64,000 nt of DNA from an uncultured delta proteobacterium (lineage in GTDB: Bacteria; Desulfobacterota; Desulfobacteria; Desulfobacterales; QNYZ01), in NCBI GenBank assembly GCA_963845145.1, contig CAWJQU010000005.1, positions 864,001-928,000 of the forward strand. Direction: 5' to 3'. The notes below the pieces were generated by a model. It searched no databases and had not been told where the DNA came from. It saw nothing but the letters and a program-made list of their open reading frames with translations. Positions 51,491 to 61,804 of the stretch are shown here, in pieces; the stretch's first letter is position 1, and every line of letters starts with the position of its first letter. The position numbers were made by a program, and so were the translations under genes.

Positions 51491-53200
51491 TTAAAACGCA
51501 TTCACTTTATCAAGGTCTTCATCCGTTACATCAAAAACATTGCCCGAAGGTAGTAATGGCTCTTCTTTAAAAAATTGCGGCAGACGGTCATCTTCTTTTG
51601 TAAATCCCGCCCCTGTATTGAATTCCTTCTCTGCTTTTAGGGCAGTGAGGCCCAATTGCATCAAATAATCCTTCTCAAGGGCTTCGCCAAACAACGCCGA
51701 TACACTCTGAACCATATGACCTTGAAGATCTGCAAAATCAAGCGCAGGCAATGAGGCAAAAAGGCAAAGGCCTAAACTGTCGATGGCCGCATGATAAATT
51801 TGCAGAAAAGACGACATTTGCCATTGCCCATCAGGGGATGACGGGTCATATTGCGACAAGGGGTTGGGAATGGCATTTCCAACGGTATGATCCGCACCCA
51901 TGGCCGATGTGGCATATGAGGTGCCTGTACCTTTCAACCCTCTGGGATCATAGGCTGCCAGCCCCTGGCCTTTCACATGGGGGATTCGTGCAGACCCTAA
52001 AGTATCTCCGGTGACCTTACAGCCATTGCCTATCATCAGGCCGTTGTCGGAGCCTTCCCTGATTTCATTTATTAGTGCCAAGGCGCCGTTTCCATCCCCC
52101 ATCTTCAGGATATTTGCCTCCATGGCCAGGGCAAGGGCGGCACCGACATCCATGGTATCAAGCCCAATGTCGTTGCAGGCCCAATTAATTTTCGCAATCA
52201 CATCAATATCAGCAATCATGCAATTGGATCCGATGAGAACAATGGTTTCATATTCTAGCCCCGAAACGAGGACTTCACCTTTGTCATCGGTGAATACATT
52301 TGAACAACCGATTACGCAGCCGGTCATGCATTTGTGGTCTGCTACGGCATTGGGTCGTTTGGCCATTAGTTCGGCGATATGCTCACCGGAAATCTCATGG
52401 GCTTTGTCAAATTGGCCAACGGAAAAATTACGCGTTGGGAGGCATCCCATGCCATTAATCATATTGACCAGGACCGGTGTTCCGAAAACATTCAACGCCT
52501 CAATCATTGGATAGGCCAGAACGCCTTTGGCAAACTTAGAAGCAGCCGATTTAAATGCGGGCTTGTCCTTTATCTCAACCCTATTGGCACCATTGCTGTC
52601 AATGACCAGTGCTTTCACATTTTTAGACCCCATCACGGCTCCGAGCCCCCCCCTTGCAGCCATCCTGGGGTGAAAGTCAGGCGAGGTGACGGATACTGAG
52701 GCCGCTTTTAATTGGCGTTCCCCTGCAGGCCCAATGGAGATAATCGATACCTTGTCTCCATATTGTTTTTTCAAATCGGCAATGACCTGATAATTACCCA
52801 ATCCTTTGATCGGGCCGGCATCAACAAAGGATACACCGCTATCATTTATTTCCACCGTGGTCAGCGAGCTGGCAGCCCCCTCAAGAATAACCGCTTGAAT
52901 CCCAAGTTTCGCCAGCTTGGAAGCCGCATTGCCGCCAGCGTTCGCTTCTTTAATACCACCGGTCAAAGGACTCTTGGCACCCACCGACAATCGACTACTG
53001 TTCGGAAAATTGGTTCCGGCCAGAATTCCGGCTGCAAATATCAGCTTATTTTGGGGATCCAGCGCATCCACTTTGGGTGCAACTTCCAGGTTGATAATTT
53101 GCGAACTTAACGATCGGCCTCCCAGGTTTGCATACTCAGAGGCTAATTCCTCGAAAATATAGCCCTGCTTTTCCAAATCAATCCTCAATAATTTTAACAT
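51491..53200 (-). CDS. aor: Aldehyde:ferredoxin oxidoreductase (tungsten AOR/WOR family)
   Basis: KSPLTGGIKEANAGG, AARGGLGAVMGSKN.KA, CMTGCVIGC, EYET, GLDTM, DSLGLC. Confidence 0.92.
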   Translation of the reverse strand: MLKLLRIDLEKQGYIFEELASEYANLGGRSLSSQIINLEVAPKVDALDPQNKLIFAAGILAGTNFPNSSRLSVGAKSPLTGGIKEANAGGNAASKLAKLGIQAVILEGAASSLTTVEINDSGVSFVDAGPIKGLGNYQVIADLKKQYGDKVSIISIGPAGERQLKAASVSVTSPDFHPRMAARGGLGAVMGSKNVKALVIDSNGANRVEIKDKPAFKSAASKFAKGVLAYPMIEALNVFGTPVLVNMINGMGCLPTRNFSVGQFDKAHEISGEHIAELMAKRPNAVADHKCMTGCVIGCSNVFTDDKGEVLVSGLEYETIVLIGSNCMIADIDVIAKINWACNDIGLDTMDVGAALALAMEANILKMGDGNGALALINEIREGSDNGLMIGNGCKVTGDTLGSARIPHVKGQGLAAYDPRGLKGTGTSYATSAMGADHTVGNAIPNPLSQYDPSSPDGQWQMSSFLQIYHAAIDSLGLCLFASLPALDFADLQGHMVQSVSALFGEALEKDYLMQLGLTALKAEKEFNTGAGFTKEDDRLPQFFKEEPLLPSGNVFDVTDEDLDKVNAF

Positions 53201-53324
53201 GTTACCTCCCCTGTAATTACGATAAAATGACCATAAACGATACTGAACACCGGCTTCTTCTCAAATTGCAAATGGATTGCGCCTTCAATGGGATAATAAG
53301 GTGTCGTGGAGTGTAAACCTAAAA

Positions 53325-53339
53325 GCAATAATCATACCG
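53325..53339 (-). promoter_or_regulatory. sigma54 -24/-12 promoter of the aor operon
   Basis: Minus strand CGGTATGATTATTGC (GG-N10-GC with TTGC). Confidence 0.7.
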
Positions 53340-53421
53340 TGTGAGGGAAATCTAAAAAGACTATTCTTTTCAGGTGGTTAAAAATTTTCGGGGTGGCGTG
53401 TGATGATTCTCACCGGGGGCA

Positions 53422-53513
53422 TTACGGGTCATAAGTGACCCGTAAAAATCAGACATCTCCCCTCAAGGCCCCGCAGGGTGGCCCCGGGAAGCGATGGGTC
53501 AGATAAGACCCAT
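53422..53513. promoter_or_regulatory. Two palindromic upstream activator sequences
   Basis: TTACGGGTCA-TAAG-TGACCCGTAA (53422-53445) and ATGGGTC-AGATAA-GACCCAT (53494-53513); shared core GGGTCA-N4-WGACCC. Confidence 0.7.
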
Positions 53514-53520
53514 TATGGGA

Positions 53521-55851
53521 CTACAACAGTCCATGTTTTTTCATTTTTCTGTAAAGTGTTTTCCTGGAAAGACCTAAATATGCCGCGCTTCTTCCCTTGC
53601 GCCACTGATTTTGAATCAGGATGTTCTGGATGTGGCTTTTCTCGAATTCTGCAACCGCTTTTTGCAAAAGAATCGCTTTATCGTTTGTATTTTTATTATG
53701 TGCGTTTGTTTTGGTTGTTGAATTCGTCACAGTTGATACCATTAAAAAATCAAGATTTTTAAGTGTGCTATACCTGCGGAGAACATTTTGCAGCTCGCGA
53801 ACATTTCCCGGCCAGTGATAATTTTTCAGCGTTATGAGATCTTGCGGAGCTAACGTTACAACCTCATTGGCTTTGCTGTAGGTTTTTAAAAAATCATCAA
53901 TGATTAGAAAGATATCATCTCCCCGGTCCCTTAGCGGGGGCAGATGAATGGGCAAAACATGAATCCTGAAAAAAAAGTCGTCCCTTATACGACCCTTTTC
54001 TACAAGCCCGACCAAATCTTTATTTGAAGCTGCGAGAATCCGTAAATCAGGCTTTTTCACCTCCATGCTGCCAATCGGGGAGTATCCCCCCCCTTCAATT
54101 GCACGAAGTAGTTTTACCTGGAGCGACAAACTGACTTCACCCAATTCATCAAGGAAAAGGGTACCACCATCTGCCGCATCAAGATAACCTTCTTTATCAA
54201 CGTGCGAGCCGGTAAACGCGCCCTTTTTTGAACCAAAAAATTCATTTTCTATGAGATTTTCGGGAATAGCGCCGCAATTCACAACGACAAACTTACCACC
54301 ACTTCGGTCCGAAGCATTGTGGATAGCCCGAGCGACCAATTCTTTCCCTGTTCCCGATTCCCCGTAAATAAAAACGCTGTCATTGGTTCCGGCAGCTTTT
54401 AAAATGAGCTCATAGACATCTTGCATCGCCTGGCAGCTACCGATGATATTGTCAAATTTGTATCGATCCTTAATCGTTGATCGAAGATATAAATTTTCGT
54501 CCCTAAGCTTCTGCTCCATCTGCTTAAAAGCCGTAAAATCGGTAATAAATCCCTCTATGGCAACAAGCCGGTCATCATCGAAAAGGACCCCTTCCGCCCG
54601 GTCAAAAACCCATTTCATCTCACCACGGGAATCAAGAATACGATATTCCGTTTGGGAGGGTTCTTTTACCTTTGTAATGGCGTCAAATATTTCGGTGGGA
54701 ACCCTGTCCCTGTCATCCGGATGAATCAATTGTGTAAACTCTTTGAGGCGCTTTCCAATAAAAAAGGAAGGGTCATGTCCGGTGACCAGGCGGCTTCCAT
54801 TACTGACAAATTCCATAACCCAGTTTTTATTTTTTACCAGCCGATAGGCCATACCGGGCAGATTATTCATTAAGGTGGACAGCTTGCGCTCGCTTTCAAT
54901 GACTCTTTTTTCAACGTTTTTGATATGTGTGACATCTCGAATGGACTCGATTGCACCAACAGGTGCGCCATCCCCATTTAGTATGGGGGTAGCCGTGATC
55001 CATGCATATCCACCTTTTCCGGAATTCATTGACGGGATAAATCTTTCCGAAAAAAGCAAATTTCCCTGCTTGGCAATCTTAAAATTTCTAAATATCGAAT
55101 TGTTGGGTTCCACGGTTATAAGATCGATAAGCAAGGGCTCGCCGTCATTATAGAAGGGCCGGATAAATTCATAGAATTGTTGCCCCATTGCCTTTTTTTT
55201 GGGAACTCCCAGTATTTTTTCAAGGGCATTATTCCACGCAATGATGATTTTGTCATTATCAACGACATATGTCGGGTCCGGCAGAAAATCGATGATTTCC
55301 TGCAAACGCTGCTGGGAATTTTTCAGTTCAATGGTTCTTTGTTCAACCAACTCTTCCAAATGCTCTCGATACTTTTCTAACTTTTCCTCCAGCTTGCGCT
55401 TTTCGGTGATATCTCTTGCCATTCCTTCTACAAATGCCACCTGGTGATTCTCATTAAAAATTGGGGCTTCAATAACCACCAGTCGCCGCGAAGAGCCATC
55501 TTTATGAAAAACATCGACCTCATAGGGTGGTTGTCGAATTCCCTCAATACTCAACTCCGTATGTCTTCGGGCTTCGACATTGACAGGGTGATCAGTCCAC
55601 AGGTCATCAATATTTTTTTTATATTCATCGGGCGTATACCCCAAAACATTTATTACGGAAGGGCTTAGGATTGTAAACGTCTTGTTGGTATCATGCGCAA
55701 AAAAGATAAACTCATCTTTAAGGTTCTCGAGCATCCGATTATATCTACCTTCGCTCTGAGCCAATAATTTGTTGGCCGTATCGGGTGCCGAGGAAGGATT
55801 TTCATGTTTTTTTGGTGGGTTGGCCAATATTTTAGGTGATTTTTGTGCCAT
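53521..55851 (-). CDS. Multi-PAS sigma54-dependent enhancer-binding protein
   Basis: Three PAS/PAC segments, [28 protein letters not shown]-terminal Fis-HTH. Confidence 0.93.
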   Translation of the reverse strand: MAQKSPKILANPPKKHENPSSAPDTANKLLAQSEGRYNRMLENLKDEFIFFAHDTNKTFTILSPSVINVLGYTPDEYKKNIDDLWTDHPVNVEARRHTELSIEGIRQPPYEVDVFHKDGSSRRLVVIEAPIFNENHQVAFVEGMARDITEKRKLEEKLEKYREHLEELVEQRTIELKNSQQRLQEIIDFLPDPTYVVDNDKIIIAWNNALEKILGVPKKKAMGQQFYEFIRPFYNDGEPLLIDLITVEPNNSIFRNFKIAKQGNLLFSERFIPSMNSGKGGYAWITATPILNGDGAPVGAIESIRDVTHIKNVEKRVIESERKLSTLMNNLPGMAYRLVKNKNWVMEFVSNGSRLVTGHDPSFFIGKRLKEFTQLIHPDDRDRVPTEIFDAITKVKEPSQTEYRILDSRGEMKWVFDRAEGVLFDDDRLVAIEGFITDFTAFKQMEQKLRDENLYLRSTIKDRYKFDNIIGSCQAMQDVYELILKAAGTNDSVFIYGESGTGKELVARAIHNASDRSGGKFVVVNCGAIPENLIENEFFGSKKGAFTGSHVDKEGYLDAADGGTLFLDELGEVSLSLQVKLLRAIEGGGYSPIGSMEVKKPDLRILAASNKDLVGLVEKGRIRDDFFFRIHVLPIHLPPLRDRGDDIFLIIDDFLKTYSKANEVVTLAPQDLITLKNYHWPGNVRELQNVLRRYSTLKNLDFLMVSTVTNSTTKTNAHNKNTNDKAILLQKAVAEFEKSHIQNILIQNQWRKGRSAAYLGLSRKTLYRKMKKHGLL

Positions 55852-56020
55852 CTGCTTTACTCCATGCCCATTCTGATATCTATCGATTTCACCATAACTT
55901 CATAGATCCTTAAAAGCAAATAATCCCAAACCATTATAGATAATTACCCTACCCTTAATAGTCTTTTTCGACTCAAATCAATCATAATTTCACCCACCCA
56001 CACGACTACAGGCGGATTCG

Positions 56021-56629
56021 GTGGGGGATGTCGTGACCCAAATCACGGCCCGAGGAAAGCGCCCGGCGGCCTTTATCTGCGAAAGCATGCTGGGGTGCGG
56101 CGGACAGGTCATCTTACCGGAAAACTATATGGCGGCGGCTTTTAAAAAGGTGCGCGATGCGGGTGGCCTGTGTATCGCCGACGAAGTCCAGGTGGGGTTC
56201 GGCCGGGTTGGGTCCCATTTTTGGGCGTTATAAACCCAGGGCGTCGTACCGGACATCGTTACCTTAGGTAAACCCATCGGCAACGGTCATCCCTTGGCCG
56301 TCGTTGTAACCACGCCGGAAATTGCCACCGCATTCAATAAAGGGATGGAATACTTCAACACGTTCGGTGGCAACCCGGTCTCATGCGCCATCGGCATGGC
56401 GGTACTGGATGTCATTGAGCAGGAACATCTTCAGGAAAATGCACTTGCCACAGGGAATTATCTATTGAAAAAACTAAAACCGTTAGCAGAAAAATATCCG
56501 CTGGTGGGTGATGTTCGCGGGCTGGGTCTCTATGCTGGCGTGGAGTTGGTGACGGACCGAAACACCCTTGAACCTGCCGCCGGCCAAGCGGATTATATCA
56601 TCAACCGCATGAGGGACTACGGTATTCTG
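56021..56629 (+). pseudogene. Fragment of a class III aminotransferase / phospho-lyase (AGXT2L-like)
   Basis: [21 protein letters not shown](56231-56233)[18 protein letters not shown]...[10 protein letters not shown]; both ends missing. Confidence 0.8.
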
Positions 56630-56679
56630 CCAATGCCGGTTAGGTGGCGTCCAGCCATAAAGACCATCTGGTGTACCCA

Positions 56680-58518
56680 TCAAATAGCCAATTGATGGTT
56701 CCTCACATCTTTGCCCACTCGATTTAAATGATTCGACGTTGATGCCTCCCGGGATGCATTCGAATGTGATGCCGGCTCTTTGGTTTCGGGAAAACCCATT
56801 TTAGGCTCCATGGTAATGCCCACGAGATGGGCCAAATCCTGAATCATTGTGTTCAGCAAGCGGGACTGCTCGGACAGTTCCACGCTGGCCGAGGCGGCTT
56901 CTTCACTGCTGGCGGCGTTAGATTGGGTGACCTGATCCACTTGATTGATGGCCTCGTTGATTTCCGCGATTCCCTGAGCCTGTTCATTGCCGGCCTGTGA
57001 TACTTCGGAAACCAATTGCGTCACACGCTGGGCGATATCAGCATTTTCATTCATGGCCGTGGAGACACGGGTGAACAATTCCTTGCTTTCATGCGCTTTT
57101 TGGGTCGAATTACGGATCAGCTCCTGGGTGTCCTGGGCGGCAACGGCGCTACGTTGGGCCAGGTTGCGCACTTCTTCCGCCACCACCGCGAACCCTTTTC
57201 CCTCCTCACCGGCCCGAGCGGCTTCCACGGCTGCATTCAGGGCCAGCAAATTTGTCTGAAAGGCGATTTCGTCAATGGTCTTTATAATTTTAGCGGTTTT
57301 TTCAGAGGCCTCGACGGTTTCCTCAATGTTTTTCTGCATCACCTGCATACCTTCTTGAATCTTCTGGAAATTGGTGCCGGCCTCTTGGGTCATCAGGGTT
57401 TCTACGGCACGGGTGGCATCTGCATTTTGGTTTGTCATGGCCGCTATCTGCTCCAACGAAGCGGAAACTTCCTCTACACTGGCTGCCTGTTCCGAAGCGC
57501 CGCTGGCCATATCATTACTCGATTGGGCCACGTGGCTGGAAACCGTATCCACTTCTTCCGCCGCTTGGGAGAGATTTTGAGTGATCCCGCCAAGAGAGCT
57601 GGAGAGGGAACGGGCAAATTTTAAGCCGATCAGCATACCCACTATGGATACGACAAGAATGCCGATCACCAGATTACGAAAGTTGTTGCGCACCCCGGTA
57701 AACACATTCGCCGTGCCGGCACTCGTCGTTTCAATAATACCGGCCAAAATCGTGTCAAAACGTTTATAAACTTGGGTCTGTATGGCCAGGGACGTCTCCG
57801 TATTGGCGATAAACGCCTCTGTCAACACTTTGATACGCGAATTGGCCTCCATGGCTTTAACCGGCAATTGGGCAAATGGGGTGCTTTTCAAACGCTCTAC
57901 ATCATTGGCGACATTGGCGAGAATAGTCTCCAGGAATTGTAACATTTCCGCTTTGACCGACAGATCTTGCTTCAAATTGCCGAAACGAACGAGTATCTCA
58001 TAATTTGCGCTGGTGTTGATGTTGGCGCCGATGATGACCAGACGTTCCAACGTTGAAACCTGCTGGCGGCTGTTATCGTCGGCCAACTTTTCACTGACCG
58101 TTTTGATATAACCGTTGGAGGTTTCAATGGACGTCTGAGCTAATGTATTGATTTCCATTTCGATGGCGAGATTGTGTTTTCGTGCCATATCAATCTGCTG
58201 CAATTCTTTTAAAAGCTCTCCCACTGGGGCTTTAAATCCGAAATCTTCCGTTTGGCCGGCAAAATCTGTGAGTGTTTGTTTCAACGCTTCAACGGGCATT
58301 GTGTTCATAAAAAAATCGCGAATACCGCTGGAAAGTTCGCTAGCTTGGGCAGACAGTTGATTGAGTCGGACTTGATTTTGATCCAGGTCGCGAATCATAT
58401 GCGTCGATCTCCAATACAAGCCAATTCCTGCAATAATCAAAACAACATAGGTAAGATTGACCAACAATAATTTGTGTTGCAGCTTCATTTTTGTTCTTTT
58501 GCGGACCGGTGTCGACAT
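56680..58518 (-). CDS. Methyl-accepting chemotaxis protein
   Basis: Two TMs; [34 protein letters not shown]; start is 58518 or 58488. Confidence 0.93.
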   Translation of the reverse strand: MSTPVRKRTKMKLQHKLLLVNLTYVVLIIAGIGLYWRSTHMIRDLDQNQVRLNQLSAQASELSSGIRDFFMNTMPVEALKQTLTDFAGQTEDFGFKAPVGELLKELQQIDMARKHNLAIEMEINTLAQTSIETSNGYIKTVSEKLADDNSRQQVSTLERLVIIGANINTSANYEILVRFGNLKQDLSVKAEMLQFLETILANVANDVERLKSTPFAQLPVKAMEANSRIKVLTEAFIANTETSLAIQTQVYKRFDTILAGIIETTSAGTANVFTGVRNNFRNLVIGILVVSIVGMLIGLKFARSLSSSLGGITQNLSQAAEEVDTVSSHVAQSSNDMASGASEQAASVEEVSASLEQIAAMTNQNADATRAVETLMTQEAGTNFQKIQEGMQVMQKNIEETVEASEKTAKIIKTIDEIAFQTNLLALNAAVEAARAGEEGKGFAVVAEEVRNLAQRSAVAAQDTQELIRNSTQKAHESKELFTRVSTAMNENADIAQRVTQLVSEVSQAGNEQAQGIAEINEAINQVDQVTQSNAASSEEAASASVELSEQSRLLNTMIQDLAHLVGITMEPKMGFPETKEPASHSNASREASTSNHLNRVGKDVRNHQLAI

Positions 58519-58677
58519 GTTCAAACCTTTCTTTGAGATACGATTTGTATAGAATTAAAAAATTGAATGGCAGGCTCCCGGCATTTGAGGTAAGCGTTAC
58601 ACCGCTAATAAAAAGGCACCGCCGTAACCATTATCGGCTCAGACCCGACCAAACCAAACAAGATTACATTAAACGTA

Positions 58678-58704
58678 GTATCGGTATTTAAGCGGTAAAC
58701 TTTA
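58678..58704 (-). promoter_or_regulatory. sigma28-type promoter for the MCP
   Basis: Minus strand TAAAGTTT-N11-ACCGATAC. Confidence 0.7.
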
Positions 58705-58769
58705 GTTTTTTCGGTATCACACGCGGAAGGAGGGCGATGATAACAACCCGGCAACAGGTGGCATTTGAG

Positions 58770-58991
58770 TTATTCGGACCTGATGATATCGACAATCTCA
58801 AGAATTTCTTCTTTAAATGAAGATGGTGCAAATAATTCGCCCCACCCCTTTTGCATCTGAAAGAGACCATCGTAGGCCGTATCATGAAATGATCTGATTC
58901 GATACGGCATCTCTTTCTCATTTAAAATAGACTCGATGAGCTGGGCTTCGATTGAATTCTCCAATACCGTTATCTTGATATACGAATCCAT
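58770..58991 (-). CDS. DUF2007-like putative signal-transducing small protein
   Basis: LENSIEAQLI.S.L....P..IRSFHD.AYDG.FQ...GWG. Confidence 0.75.
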   Translation of the reverse strand: MDSYIKITVLENSIEAQLIESILNEKEMPYRIRSFHDTAYDGLFQMQKGWGELFAPSSFKEEILEIVDIIRSE

Positions 58992-59204
58992 TTTTGTATC
59001 CTAATTTTTGAGATAAGGCGCCAAGAAACGCACCGAGAAAAGCATCGGTTTCGTTTATAGCACAGTTCAGGATATGATATCTAATCGATACCGCTCCCTC
59101 TCCGTGGTGTTTTCTAAAACCGTGGTCCGGCCAATCAACAGGGTTAATTCAAGCTAATTTTAAAGCCCGGCCATCCCGACCCCATTTAAATTTTCATTTC
59201 AACC

Positions 59205-59231
59205 TAAAGTCTTATCACGGTTGACCGATAA
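59205..59231 (+). promoter_or_regulatory. sigma28-type promoter for cheV
   Basis: TAAA-N15-ACCGATAA. Confidence 0.7.
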
Positions 59232-59272
59232 ACAACTGTAGGTATTTTAAAATTCGATTCAGGAGAAAACCT

Positions 59273-60187
59273 ATGGCCACCGAACACAGTATATTATTAG
59301 AAAGCGGTACGAATGAGATGGAGCTTTTGAGCGTCTCTCTAAATGGGCAGATTTTTGGTCTAAATGTCGCTAAGGTACAAGCGATCATACAGTACAGCGC
59401 CGATCAGGTGACCACTCTGCCGCAAACACCGCCGAGCATGTTGGGGATGTTGATATATCGAAGCAGCTCTATTCCATTGATCGATTTGGGGCATTTCCTG
59501 GGCATACCTGCCCTTCAGGAAAATGAGCGTGCCATCGTAATCGTAACCGAGTTTAATAACAAGGTAACCGGGTTCAAAGTTGACGAAGTCCGCCAAATAC
59601 ATCGTCTGAGTTGGAATGAGTATGCACCCGCCGACCCGGTTTTTAACACCTATGATGTCAACATAACCGGTTCGGTTGAAATTGATGGTGAGGATGTTCT
59701 CGTTTTGGACATGGAAAAAATCTTAACCCTATTTTTTCCTCATCTCTCGTTTGAAGAAGTCCAAAAATCCTATCAAAATGCCGAAGATACCGAAAAACGG
59801 CAGGAGATACAGATCTTTTTTGCGGAAGATTCATCCCCAATCCGCAAACACGTGGTCAACGCCTTGAACAAAGTTGGTCTCAATAAATTGGAAACGTTCA
59901 CTAACGGCAATGAGGCTCTGGAGCGAATGGAATCCATTTTGGCCGGTAAATCGGAAGGGCGCCTGCCGGATTTAGTTATCACTGATATCGAAATGCCCAA
60001 AATGGACGGCCTGACCCTGTGCAAGAAGCTGAAAGCCTCACCGGATTTTTCCCACATTCGGGTCATTGTTTTCTCAAGTCTGATCAATAAACAGATGATC
60101 GCTAAATGTGAAGATGTGGGTGCCGATGGGTATGTCGCCAAACCCCAGCTAAATAAACTCATCGAACTCATTGATAACAGGGAATAG
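59273..60187 (+). CDS. cheV: Chemotaxis protein CheV (CheW plus REC)
   Basis: ILLESGTNEME, FGLNVAKV, IVTEFN, AEDS, ITDIEMPKMDG, FSSLI. Confidence 0.93.
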   Translation: MATEHSILLESGTNEMELLSVSLNGQIFGLNVAKVQAIIQYSADQVTTLPQTPPSMLGMLIYRSSSIPLIDLGHFLGIPALQENERAIVIVTEFNNKVTGFKVDEVRQIHRLSWNEYAPADPVFNTYDVNITGSVEIDGEDVLVLDMEKILTLFFPHLSFEEVQKSYQNAEDTEKRQEIQIFFAEDSSPIRKHVVNALNKVGLNKLETFTNGNEALERMESILAGKSEGRLPDLVITDIEMPKMDGLTLCKKLKASPDFSHIRVIVFSSLINKQMIAKCEDVGADGYVAKPQLNKLIELIDNRE

Positions 60188-60446
60188 AGAAGCTTTAGCC
60201 ATTGAGGTCGCATTTCCGGGTCGATCGCCGGCCATGTTTGCCCCTTTCAACTTGAACAAAAACGATTTCGCTTTTGTGCGCGCAGTGGCATCGATGCTAA
60301 AGGGAGATGCTATGGGGATAGGATACATTCTTTCCTCAGACGGCCGATGGGACGGGTTGACTTTCAGATTCCGGGCTACATCTTTATAGTACAACGCAAA
60401 ACAATCATCAGGTCCATTGACCTGAGTAGCAGAAAGGAGCGATAAC

Positions 60447-60668
60447 ATGGCCCATACATGTCAAAACTGTGGTGCCGTCGCTGAGGCGCCCGGCCACCTT
60501 TGCAACCCATGTGATGATACCGAAAAATGTAGTTTCTGCGGCACAACCGACGTTAACCCCAAACATATGTGTAAAGACAAAATGGCAGAGATGAAGTTTG
60601 TCTGCGATGGCTGCGGCCGGGTAGCCACGGAAGAGCAGCATCTCTGCAGCCCATCGGCTATTAAATAG
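60447..60668 (+). CDS. Small Cys/His-rich metal-binding protein
   Basis: AAGGAG RBS; three CxxCG-x7-HxC modules; followed by a terminator. Confidence 0.8.
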   Translation: MAHTCQNCGAVAEAPGHLCNPCDDTEKCSFCGTTDVNPKHMCKDKMAEMKFVCDGCGRVATEEQHLCSPSAIK

Positions 60669-60700
60669 TCCTGCACATTCACAGGATAAAACACCCAGCT

Positions 60701-60735
60701 TGCCCACCGATGAGTTGTGATCGGTGGGCATTTTT
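60701..60735 (+). terminator. Intrinsic terminator
   Basis: TGCCCACCGAT-N8-ATCGGTGGGCA followed by TTTTT. Confidence 0.75.
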
Positions 60736-60814
60736 AAAACCATAAAAAGTAACTACATTATAAATATCAAGGAATACCCATCACTCGTAAACAAAAATAG
60801 CCTCTGAATTAAAT

Positions 60815-61624
60815 ATGGGCGGTAAAGCTATATTATATATCATCCAAATTTTTATCATTGCCGCACTGCCTGCTTGGCTACTCGGAGGATGCGTAACAGC
60901 CTCGGAATCCTCCATAGAGATGCAATCACGAACCAACAATGCAGGAATAGCAACACACCGGGCCATCAAATTAATTCTGGATAAGGGTGGATCGACAATG
61001 GACTACGACACTTTGATGCGGGTCCATCAGATGATCAACCAATCCGTGCATCCCATTCCTAAAATGGATCAATTACTCTACCAATTGATCCACAAGAGGA
61101 ATACTAACCCGCGAATCGACCAAATGATTCTGATCTTTTCTGCAAAAACCATAGCAGAAAGCAAATTTAGTATTCCCTATATCCAAGAAATAATTAAAAC
61201 GATACTAGATCAGGACGACCGAATTAATGAATGGGTCATTGCCTTTGTGGCAGAGGCCATAAGTAATTATCCATATGACCTGCCCCAAGGCGACAGGCTA
61301 GTGGATAACATGGAAAACAGACTATCCCAGATTAGATCCATTGATCGATCACAGGAAGAGTATTTCGGTTATCATTTCCTGCCGCCACCGAAGCGCGTCT
61401 TTATCCGTGCCTATATTGACGGAATAGGGAAACAACCCATCCGCCAGATGGAGCGTGGTTTATATTATGCGATGATTCAAAATGGATTGACGGAAGTCAA
61501 AATCGAGTCCGGATTGAAATATTTACAAACCCATGGCGCCCCTGACAGCGGTGAAAAATGTCCCCATCTGATGGCCTGTCTGGTACGTTACCTAAATCAG
61601 CCGCCTTTTGACCGTTTTGAGTGA
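60815..61624 (+). CDS. Hypothetical lipoprotein
   Basis: Hydrophobic N-terminus ending LLGGC; 269-aa ORF. Confidence 0.6.
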   Translation: MGGKAILYIIQIFIIAALPAWLLGGCVTASESSIEMQSRTNNAGIATHRAIKLILDKGGSTMDYDTLMRVHQMINQSVHPIPKMDQLLYQLIHKRNTNPRIDQMILIFSAKTIAESKFSIPYIQEIIKTILDQDDRINEWVIAFVAEAISNYPYDLPQGDRLVDNMENRLSQIRSIDRSQEEYFGYHFLPPPKRVFIRAYIDGIGKQPIRQMERGLYYAMIQNGLTEVKIESGLKYLQTHGAPDSGEKCPHLMACLVRYLNQPPFDRFE

Positions 61625-61804
61625 AAAAAGAAGTCTCCTTTGAATTGAAAACACCGGTTGTCAGCACCCCTCCAATATCCATTTCTTTACCAAAACTTTA
61701 CACGAGCTTTAACCAATCTTTAAATCCATATCCTACTCTTAATTACATCGGGTCTTAATTACATCTGGCAGACACTCATAATTAAGGGAAGGGAGGATTC
61801 AACA

